Origin: a virus
Virus genome (UHGV): UHGV-0173177
DNA length: 44,360 nucleotides
Reading direction: 5' to 3' (one strand)
Positions within the stretch are counted from its first letter, which is position 1. Every line of letters starts with the position of its first letter. The translations under genes and the position numbers were made by a program. The notes under the pieces were generated by a model. That model saw nothing but the letters and a program-made list of their open reading frames with translations, did no database searches and had not been told where the DNA came from. Shown here one piece after another: positions 18,735-25,838 of the stretch.

Positions 18735-18922
18735 TTCGCCACCAGAACTAACTCTTTACGACCGAACGCCGTAACGTTACCGGTTACATCTTCGATAACC
18801 AGTTTACCGTTTGACTCGACGTACACCGTATCAACGGCAACAGGGTGGCGGGTCTTAACGCTGAAAATCATGTCGCCTGGTACGATGTCACGTGCTGGCT
18901 TGCGGTCATATTCGTGTTTCAT
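18731..18922 (-). CDS. hypothetical protein (63 aa)
   Basis: ORF with ATGA coupling to the methyltransferase gene; downstream of the promoter at 18956-18984. Confidence 0.4.
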   Translation of the reverse strand: MKHEYDRKPARDIVPGDMIFSVKTRHPVAVDTVYVESNGKLVIEDVTGNVTAFGRKELVLVAK

Positions 18923-18952
18923 TTCTCAATTCCTTATATTGTTGGTGTGTGA

Positions 18953-19237
18953 TTAACTATAATAGCTCGCTATTAGGTCGTCAACCTGTTTAAACGAACC
19001 AACGACAAAAACATTTGCACCACGTTTACGCATCCGCTCATGCTCGCGTAACTGGTGCGGGTCTGGCTTCGTGTTTTCGTCTTTTTTAACCTCGACGAAC
19101 CAGATGATGCCGCCGGGGAGAATTACCAGCAGGTCGGGAGCGCCGGAGCGCCCCTCGTAGGAAAGTTTACGAACGAGGCCCCCAATGGCCTCGAATCGCT
19201 CTTTTGCGTATTTCTGAATCTTGCCTTCCGGTGTCAT
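18953..19237 (-). CDS. VRR-NUC domain nuclease
   Basis: 94 aa; …GAPDLLVILPGGIIWFVEVKK… matches the PD-(D/E)XK core typical of VRR-NUC proteins. Confidence 0.6.
   Translation of the reverse strand: MTPEGKIQKYAKERFEAIGGLVRKLSYEGRSGAPDLLVILPGGIIWFVEVKKDENTKPDPHQLREHERMRKRGANVFVVGSFKQVDDLIASYYS
18956..18984 (-). promoter_or_regulatory. sigma70-like promoter (class 1: TTGACG-17-TATAGT) with AATAGCTCGCTATT palindrome in the spacer
   Basis: - strand reads TTGACG acctaatagcgagctat TATAGT; lies within the last codons of the VRR-NUC gene. Confidence 0.45.
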
Positions 19238-19396
19238 CAGTCCGTTACCTTACACAAAACGGCAACACCTAAAAACACGGCTACGATTACCATAATAAGG
19301 GTAAGCATTGTCATAATACACACCCCTCACGTTTCGTATGCTCAATCCCGCAGCGCGGACAGATTCGACAGTCTTCTTCGTAGAACCAGTAAATTT

Positions 19397-19528
19397 TCAT
19401 TCCAGCACCCACAGATAAATTGCGATGAGCATGCCTAATACGGCGACAGTCATGCCGTATTGACCCTCGTGACAGTAGACACCGGCGGCGAATCCCGCCA
19501 GTACCGCGATAATAAGTTTACTTAGCAT
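19397..19528 (-). CDS. small membrane peptide (43 aa); first of three overlapping tiny ORFs
   Basis: Hand-translated MLSKLIIAVLAGFAAGVYCHEGQYGMTVAVLGMLIAIYLWVLE with two hydrophobic segments; followed by 28-aa and 25-aa ORFs joined by ATGA overlaps. Confidence 0.25.
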   Translation of the reverse strand: MLSKLIIAVLAGFAAGVYCHEGQYGMTVAVLGMLIAIYLWVLE

Positions 19529-20213
19529 CTCTACATTCTCCTTCAGGCCACCTATTAGGGAAAGACGGTATATGTGAAACTTCTCTCGCCGCTTTTATTC
19601 TTTTAATGGCGGGACCTATCTCCGTAACCATTTCGATGAATGTAAACCGGTGTCCTCTGGTAAGATTACATGTCTGACAACAAGAAACGCAGTTAGATAC
19701 TATGTGTCCGCTTGTGTTATCAATGCGGTCTACCCCGACTTTTGTAGTGCTTCCGCAATAATGACACGGCTGTGATATCAGTTTAATAACACTTTCCAGT
19801 GTTAAATCGCACATAAGCCCTTTCCCTGAATCCGCTCTTTTGTACCCCAACAAAAGCGCGTACGCCCGCGTCCTTTGGTCCTTATTCACCAGTTCCCTGC
19901 GTTGCTTGTTGAGACACTCTCGGCAATCTTTCCGGATATGAGAGCCGTTGCTTTTATTTCCTTTCCGGAAGTTTTCCTCTGTTAAGGGTTTTATCTCTCC
20001 GCACTTTCTGCATTTAACAGGCTTCCCCGTGAAAACATACCAAGGGCTTTCTCGCCGTGATTTACCTTGTAATTTAAGTTTTTCGTCATACTTTTCCTTC
20101 CTGTTGGCGTTTACACACTCTTTACACCAGCTTTGCAGACCGAGGCGCGTTGACTTTGAAAAATACTCCGTAGTCGCGGGTTTATCTTCACCACATCTTG
20201 AACACTTTTTCAT
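19518..20213 (-). CDS. HNH homing-type endonuclease with zinc-ribbon repeats
   Basis: HNH core HYCGSTTKVGVDRIDNTSGHIVSNCVSCCQTCN plus two CxxC…C repeats; start trimmed to ATG 20213 with GGAG RBS; visibly AT-rich compared with neighbours. Confidence 0.6.
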   Translation of the reverse strand: MKKCSRCGEDKPATTEYFSKSTRLGLQSWCKECVNANRKEKYDEKLKLQGKSRRESPWYVFTGKPVKCRKCGEIKPLTEENFRKGNKSNGSHIRKDCRECLNKQRRELVNKDQRTRAYALLLGYKRADSGKGLMCDLTLESVIKLISQPCHYCGSTTKVGVDRIDNTSGHIVSNCVSCCQTCNLTRGHRFTFIEMVTEIGPAIKRIKAAREVSHIPSFPNRWPEGECRDAK

Positions 20214-20289
20214 TAGTAACTCCAAAAAAAATACCGACATAGTCATTATATCGGTATTTACATTTTCTACAGCGTATTTCCTAAATCTA

Positions 20290-22464
20290 CTACTTGGCGT
20301 ATCTGTACATTTCGCTGCCTTCTGCAACCAAAGGGAAGCCTTCTGCCCATTCCGGTAATTCGCACATCAACCGCTCAAGCTCTGCGACATTGTATTCCGG
20401 TAAATCTGGCGTCTCGCAGATAATCTCATCGTGTACGTGAAGTACAATCGGGTAGCCGTTTGCTTCTACGTTCAGCAGTGCATTAGCCAGCAAATCACGG
20501 CACAGCGCCTGAGTACAGTTTTCCACCAGTTTACCGGAGTAGGTGTACTGGAATCCCCACTGACGAGTTAACTGGTTTTCTCCCTGATACTTGATGCGCA
20601 CGTTAGTAGACACCTTTCCATCTTCGTCTGTCTCTTTCGACACGCTCAATCCGACGCCGGGGTAGGACATAACGCGGCCAGACGGCAACGTCATACGCAA
20701 CCACCAACCGGCGACCTTGTTGCCGTTGTTGTCCGTTTCTACGTTGCGCGAAAACTTAACACCCCGCGGCCCTGCAGTGAACTCTTTACCAGGATTGCGG
20801 ATGGCCGCCATAGCCGCGTCTTCAATATCGCGCCAGAATTGTACTATCGCCGGATTGGCCTCTCGGTACATGCGTTTCAGAGCGTCACATGTTCTCCATA
20901 CTTTCTTATCAAGTATATATGATGGTCGGTCATCCTTTTCACCAGGACGCGGTGGTCGCTTGGCTTCCTGAATACGCGCCCACTCGTAACCGCGTGCGGT
21001 AGCCGACCAAATATGGTCCGGGAAAGTTCCGTCTAAAGTGCGGGTCATATCGTTCAAATCAAGACCTAAGTTTTTAGCAAACGTGACGAAAGCACCGACA
21101 CCCCCCGCGTAGCCGAGGCCCAGAACCATTGCTTTGGCTATTTGTCTTTGGTCCTTTGTTACATCCTCATAAGCAACGTTGAACACCGTTGATGCGAGTT
21201 TCTTATACACATCAACCCCGTTTACAAATACTTCGATTAAATCGTCTTCGCCCGCCAGCCACGCAAGCCCACGGCCTTCAACGTTAGAGTAATCGGCGAC
21301 GACAAACTTGTGCCCAGCTTCCGGTATGATGCAGCTACGTACCGTCGATGCCGTTAGCTTGGCTACATCGAAACGGCGATGAGCGCGACCCTTAAGTAAC
21401 GCTGAAATTCCTTTATCCAGTTCATCATCGTGATAGTACCCGCGCGCCAGGTTCTGTGGCTGGAAGCCTTTACCTGCAAATCGTAACGTACGCTTTGCCC
21501 CGCCATACTGTATGCAACCACGGCGACGGTCGTCAGAAGAACGGCCCAACAGCAGTGGGTTATATTTAGTTGATGCAGTTGAAGCAGCCCCGAGGCGCAT
21601 TTCGATAATCGTACGCGCATCGTCCGGTAAATCATCATCTGCCAGCAGGTCATTCAGCGTCGACTTCTGCGCGTTGTGGATACGGTGCGCCGGTGCGAGT
21701 TCGCGAAGAATCGGAAGGAAGTCTTTACCAGTAAGAGAGCCGCCGTATTTGCGCTGGGCTTCTTCCTGTAACTGTGCCTTGTGCTTCTCCACGGCCTCGA
21801 TAGCGGCTTCCGCCAGTGCGACGTCAACCTTAAACCCGCGGTCGTTGATTAACTGGTCAAGTTCCAGTACACGGTCTTCGAACTCGGAGTTACCCCACCG
21901 CGGCAGCTTATGGAAGACTTCACGCATCGCAGTGATGTCGCTCACGGCGTACTTGATGAACAGCGCCCACTCGTCCGGGTGTGTTTCTGCGGTGTAGCGG
22001 CGGATTTTGTAATTCTTCGGTGTCGGTTTAGAGAAACGCTGAATCAGCGCCTTGCCGCGTTTATCTTTTGCATTGTCAGCATACACGCCAAGCACTTCAC
22101 ACAGCGCATCAAGTGAACCCGGCAGCGCGTGACGAAACGCCCAAATCATCGTATCAATGGTGTTGCTTACGGGAATATCAAAGCCCCAGCAGTGTTTCAT
22201 GATGAGCCTGTCGAACATTGAGCCGTTGTGCCACACCATCTTAATACGACTGTTCGGCTTAACCAGGCGGCGCAGTGCGCGGTGCAAATCACCCGGCATG
22301 TCGCTGCCGTCGGTGCAATCCCATACCCGCACAGGCTCGTCGTCAAAAGCATATGTGCAGATAAGCACTTCGGTAGTCGGGTGTTCGGCGTAAGCGTAGG
22401 AGCCGACTTTCTTTAAATCGATGCCGCTGTAGGTTTCAAAGTCTAGATAGAGTAATTCTGGCAT
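20290..22464 (-). CDS. family A DNA polymerase with 3'-5' exonuclease domain
   Basis: ~724 aa; N-terminal exonuclease motif LYLDFETYS; large polymerase-domain-like C-terminal region; track TTG start at 22494 lies in the upstream terminator, so start trimmed to ATG 22464. Confidence 0.8.
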   Translation of the reverse strand: MPELLYLDFETYSGIDLKKVGSYAYAEHPTTEVLICTYAFDDEPVRVWDCTDGSDMPGDLHRALRRLVKPNSRIKMVWHNGSMFDRLIMKHCWGFDIPVSNTIDTMIWAFRHALPGSLDALCEVLGVYADNAKDKRGKALIQRFSKPTPKNYKIRRYTAETHPDEWALFIKYAVSDITAMREVFHKLPRWGNSEFEDRVLELDQLINDRGFKVDVALAEAAIEAVEKHKAQLQEEAQRKYGGSLTGKDFLPILRELAPAHRIHNAQKSTLNDLLADDDLPDDARTIIEMRLGAASTASTKYNPLLLGRSSDDRRRGCIQYGGAKRTLRFAGKGFQPQNLARGYYHDDELDKGISALLKGRAHRRFDVAKLTASTVRSCIIPEAGHKFVVADYSNVEGRGLAWLAGEDDLIEVFVNGVDVYKKLASTVFNVAYEDVTKDQRQIAKAMVLGLGYAGGVGAFVTFAKNLGLDLNDMTRTLDGTFPDHIWSATARGYEWARIQEAKRPPRPGEKDDRPSYILDKKVWRTCDALKRMYREANPAIVQFWRDIEDAAMAAIRNPGKEFTAGPRGVKFSRNVETDNNGNKVAGWWLRMTLPSGRVMSYPGVGLSVSKETDEDGKVSTNVRIKYQGENQLTRQWGFQYTYSGKLVENCTQALCRDLLANALLNVEANGYPIVLHVHDEIICETPDLPEYNVAELERLMCELPEWAEGFPLVAEGSEMYRYAK

Positions 22465-22480
22465 GGTATTTTGACCCTTA

Positions 22481-22510
22481 GTAAAAAGGCCCAATGAAGG
22501 GCCTTAGTTA
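22481..22510 (-). terminator. intrinsic terminator (copy 3 of the reiterated module) after the SSB-like gene
   Basis: - strand reads AACTAAGGCCC-ttcatt-GGGCCTTTTTACT, sharing the AACTAAGGCCC…GGGCCTTTTT core with the terminators at 3191 and 15694. Confidence 0.6.
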
Positions 22511-22524
22511 AATTAATTCAGATA

Positions 22525-23151
22525 TTAACGGCGACGACGTTCTCGGCGCGGTGCTTCATCTTCTTCTTCGTCTTCCAGGTCGTCGACACTTGCAGCTACT
22601 TTAGAACCGCCGAACGCTTTACCTTCGCCGACGTATTTAATAGCCAGCAGGTTAACGCCGAGGACTTTGTATTTCTGGCTGAACCAGATTTCAACGCTTA
22701 CGTTAGCGACGCAGCCGCTGTAAACCTGTTCACCTTCAATCTGTTCCCCGTCTACGTTGAAGTCCTGTTCTACCTGAGTCTCACCCTTTTTAGAGGTTAC
22801 GATCAGTGGCTGTTTCTGTGCCTTCGCTTTGAAGTAGAAGCCTTCCGGGAAGTCTTCAAACGGATTGTCGCGCTCGGCAATGTCTTTAATCGCGCATTTA
22901 TCCATGTGCTTCCCTTCGCCGTAGTTGGACTTCATCCATTTCTCGGCAGCGGCTGCGCCTAACGCTTCTTCAACTACAGCGTAAACTGTGTCGTAGAGCG
23001 CGTCGATTTGCGCATGGTCAGACGACAGAATGATAGTCGCGCTGTACTGACCTTTAGTGATTGAGCCATCATCGTTTTCACGGTCTTTTTCGCGTTCGAA
23101 TACGTTAACCCAAGCAGTGTTTACTTTACGCAGATTCAGTTTCAGTCCCAC
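22525..23151 (-). CDS. putative phage single-stranded DNA-binding protein (DUF2815-like) with acidic C-terminal tail
   Basis: 208 aa; acidic tail …DDLEDEEEDEAPRRERRRR; sits between a Cas4-like nuclease and the DNA polymerase; GTG start with GAGGG RBS. Confidence 0.45.
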   Translation of the reverse strand: MGLKLNLRKVNTAWVNVFEREKDRENDDGSITKGQYSATIILSSDHAQIDALYDTVYAVVEEALGAAAAEKWMKSNYGEGKHMDKCAIKDIAERDNPFEDFPEGFYFKAKAQKQPLIVTSKKGETQVEQDFNVDGEQIEGEQVYSGCVANVSVEIWFSQKYKVLGVNLLAIKYVGEGKAFGGSKVAASVDDLEDEEEDEAPRRERRRR

Positions 23152-23214
23152 AGTTCAGCCCTCATTAAGTTTAGATTTTCAGTTTACTCCGGGAACTGCC
23201 CGGCCAGTGATTTA

Positions 23215-23243
23215 ACTATAATAGTTAGCTATTCAGGTGTCAA
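23215..23243 (-). promoter_or_regulatory. sigma70-like promoter (class 1: TTGACA-17-TATAGT) with AATAGTTAGCTATT near-palindrome in the spacer
   Basis: - strand reads TTGACA cctgaatagctaactat TATAGT; about 60 nt upstream of the SSB-like gene start. Confidence 0.55.
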
Positions 23244-23247
23244 CACT

Positions 23248-23403
23248 TTATTTAAACGTTTCTTTTGTCATACGGATAATTTTCGCCGACTCGTCTCTAA
23301 TTACCATACTGAATACACGGTATACGGCTTTGCTCCGGCCTAGCTTTGCTCCGTTTCGGTGTTGTTGTAGATAGCTTTTATGCAGTTCTTGAATCGTGCT
23401 CAT
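23248..23403 (-). CDS. hypothetical protein (51 aa)
   Basis: ATG 23403 with GAGGAGG RBS and ATGA overlap with the nuclease stop; the longer track ORF (to 23433) overlaps the nuclease. Confidence 0.45.
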   Translation of the reverse strand: MSTIQELHKSYLQQHRNGAKLGRSKAVYRVFSMVIRDESAKIIRMTKETFK

Positions 23404-24650
23404 TCCAAATCCTCCTCTGTTACCTGATTCCACTCAGGACGTTTGTCGTCCGCCGTTGCGACACATGGTGCACCCGGCTTACGTGTGATAAATGGCTCAA
23501 GCGCTGCCATCTCATCTGCCGAAAGAACTTTTGCCGCCTCCGTAGGGGACATCAATACCTCTTTTTTGAGAATGTCTCCGTGCGACACTTCAATCGCATC
23601 GGCGTCTTTCCACGCACGATTACCAGGACGACCTTCTACCAGCTTGTACCCCGGTACTTTTTTACCGGAATGCAACGCAGCAGCCATCGCTTTCTCAACC
23701 TTGTCGATGTGCTGGCGCAACAACGGCAACTTCTCATACTCAGCTACAAGTTGCTCTGGCGTAAGTTCCAGTGCAAAGTCGTCTTCCAGTTCTTCCGCCA
23801 GTACATCGTTAACGGTTTTTGTACGCGCGGCGCACTGTTCCGAGAACCGACACCACTGACAACCGTCGACAGACGGCCGGAAGTCCGACGCTTTCAGGTT
23901 CTTCTTACCTCGGGAATAAGCATCAAGCGCTAACAGTGCTCGTTTCTGCGCGAACTTAGCGAACAGTTCCAGGCCTTCAACCGAGATGTCCCACTCCGAC
24001 GCACCGCCCGCGTACGGCTGGAAGATGACCAGACGAACAGTCGTTATGTTATAACGTCTCTTGAGCCGGCGATAAACACCGAGAGCATAGAGCATAAGCT
24101 GCTTGTTTTCTTTCGCTTCGACACGATGCCGTCCAGTTTTCAGGTCGCCGATGATAAGCATGTGCTCGTCGGTGTTAGCCAGTTCCTGGACGGCAACAAG
24201 GTCAGCAGTTCCGAACGTCTCAACGCCTTCATACCCCGGATGCAACACCTCAGTAAGATTGACACGCATCTCGAGCTTCGCATAAGTCGCTACGTCGATA
24301 ATCGGTTTGCAGTAGTCCGTGTACTTGCGCACCTGCTCAATCATGTCCGCCGTAATCAGTACCGCGCCTTTCATCGGACTGATTAGTGCCTTAATCTGAC
24401 CTTTACCTTCATCCAGCACGTAAGCGCCGACTTCACGCTCTAAAGGCAACGCAGTGCCTTTGATGTACTGGTTTAGATGGACCTCAGCTATGGTGTGCAT
24501 GGCTGTACCTAATACAGCGGCTTTACCCGACGTGTTAGGAATATCTTTTTCACAAGCCAGAGATGCACTGCACGCCAGCCACTTTTTAGCGCCTGATGGT
24601 GACAGTAATGCGTGAACATCGTTATTGCCACCGCGTTCCTTTAAAATCAT
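23400..24650 (-). CDS. PD-(D/E)XK nuclease, Cas4-like/DUF2800-type recombination exonuclease
   Basis: N-terminal HALLSPSGAKKWLACSAS signature and C-terminal Cys cluster CQWCRFSEQC (CxxCx5C); start trimmed to ATG 24650. Confidence 0.6.
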   Translation of the reverse strand: MILKERGGNNDVHALLSPSGAKKWLACSASLACEKDIPNTSGKAAVLGTAMHTIAEVHLNQYIKGTALPLEREVGAYVLDEGKGQIKALISPMKGAVLITADMIEQVRKYTDYCKPIIDVATYAKLEMRVNLTEVLHPGYEGVETFGTADLVAVQELANTDEHMLIIGDLKTGRHRVEAKENKQLMLYALGVYRRLKRRYNITTVRLVIFQPYAGGASEWDISVEGLELFAKFAQKRALLALDAYSRGKKNLKASDFRPSVDGCQWCRFSEQCAARTKTVNDVLAEELEDDFALELTPEQLVAEYEKLPLLRQHIDKVEKAMAAALHSGKKVPGYKLVEGRPGNRAWKDADAIEVSHGDILKKEVLMSPTEAAKVLSADEMAALEPFITRKPGAPCVATADDKRPEWNQVTEEDLE

Positions 24651-24919
24651 ACCCTGTTCTCCCACTGGTCAATTAAATGCCTGGTCTTGTGGTCGCAATG
24701 TAAGGCCCACCCATACATCGACTCGAAGACATAAAAGTCAGGTTTGGCGAAAGTTGTGCGCTTAATCTGTGACACGTGACGGCCAATATCTTTATGCCGT
24801 GGTACTTTGCCTAAGTACGCCATCTCTTCCATCTGGTGAGCACCGGACGGCGCACGCAATAGCCATAGCGCCTCTGTGTTATCCCGCCTGTCGACGGCGC
24901 GGTAGAGTTGGTAAATCAT
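24647..24919 (-). CDS. hypothetical protein (90 aa)
   Basis: ORF with ATGA coupling to the nuclease gene; no motif confidently recognised. Confidence 0.45.
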   Translation of the reverse strand: MIYQLYRAVDRRDNTEALWLLRAPSGAHQMEEMAYLGKVPRHKDIGRHVSQIKRTTFAKPDFYVFESMYGWALHCDHKTRHLIDQWENRV

Positions 24920-24962
24920 AATTCCGACCCTCAGTTAAAGCGGCCCGAAGGCCGCGGGATAG

Positions 24963-25481
24963 TTATTCTTCTTCGAAATACTTGTTCTTGATTGCCATCA
25001 GGCGTTCCAGGTACTCGGCCAGGTCTTCGTCTTTAATCGCAGCAATCTTCATCTTCTTACCCGTGAACTCCTCCAGCAGTTCATCAGAATCGTCGCACGC
25101 GGCGTCGCTCGGGCCTTCGTTAATCGCATCGTCGATAGCCTGAATCTGGTCACGAAGAGACTGATAATCGACTTCCTTATCCTCTTCCGGCTCTGGCGTT
25201 GGTTCCTCTACTTTAGCTTTACGCGGCTTGCGTTTCGGCTTCTCTTCCTCCGCAGGTTTAGTGTCGACGATGTCTTCACCTTCAACCGGGATTTCTTTCG
25301 CCTTCTCGACTTCTTCAAGTGCTTTAGCCAGTTCTTTTTTAACTGTCTCTACCCCAGTTACCGCGACGTCAACAGTCAATTCACCTACAGATTTGCTAGT
25401 CGGTTGTTTCACACTGTTTGCAGCAATCAGTTCGTGGGCGACTACGAAACGTTCCAGTAATACTAAGAATTTCTCTAACAT
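24963..25481 (-). CDS. highly acidic protein (172 aa), first gene of a leftward early operon; candidate DNA mimic
   Basis: Long Asp/Glu-rich stretches with one basic KPKRKPRKAK patch; ATG 25481 about 25 nt downstream of the promoter at 25513-25541, with ACGAGAGGAG leader. Confidence 0.5.
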   Translation of the reverse strand: MLEKFLVLLERFVVAHELIAANSVKQPTSKSVGELTVDVAVTGVETVKKELAKALEEVEKAKEIPVEGEDIVDTKPAEEEKPKRKPRKAKVEEPTPEPEEDKEVDYQSLRDQIQAIDDAINEGPSDAACDDSDELLEEFTGKKMKIAAIKDEDLAEYLERLMAIKNKYFEEE

Positions 25482-25512
25482 TTGTTTCTCTCCTCTCGTT
25501 TGGTATGGGCTA

Positions 25513-25541
25513 ACTATAATAGTGAACTATTCACATGTCAA
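25513..25541 (-). promoter_or_regulatory. sigma70-like promoter (class 1: TTGACA-17-TATAGT) with AATAGTGAACTATT palindrome in the spacer
   Basis: - strand reads TTGACA tgtgaatagttcactat TATAGT; a second operator-like site (AATATGGTACTATT, 25562-25575) lies 44 bp away toward the HTH gene. Confidence 0.55.
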
Positions 25542-25605
25542 TGGGCTTTTCTAAAATAATTAATATGGTACTATTCACATATCAACTAACTAAGGAGTAA
25601 TTGTC

Positions 25606-25821
25606 ATGCAACCATCTGAACTAGGCATCCGTGTAGAAAAACGCCGTAAAGAACTCGGCATCTCCCAGCGCCGTCTGGCGGTGCTGACCGGGGTTTCCCA
25701 GGGCGCAATTAACCAGCTGGCACTTGGGGTAACCCAGGACGTCCGCCCGGCAACGCTGTTTAAACTGGCGGAAGTGCTGGAGGTAGACGCCAAGTGGCTG
25801 GCGCTAGGTGAAGGGGCTTAA
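25606..25821 (+). CDS. XRE-family helix-turn-helix transcriptional regulator (Cro/CI-like)
   Basis: 71 aa; LGISQRRLAVLTGVSQGAINQLALG is a classic XRE HTH; AAGGAG RBS; sole + strand gene, divergent from the 25481 operon and convergent with the primase gene. Confidence 0.7.
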   Translation: MQPSELGIRVEKRRKELGISQRRLAVLTGVSQGAINQLALGVTQDVRPATLFKLAEVLEVDAKWLALGEGA

Positions 25822-25838
25822 CGCCCCTTTCTTTTTAC

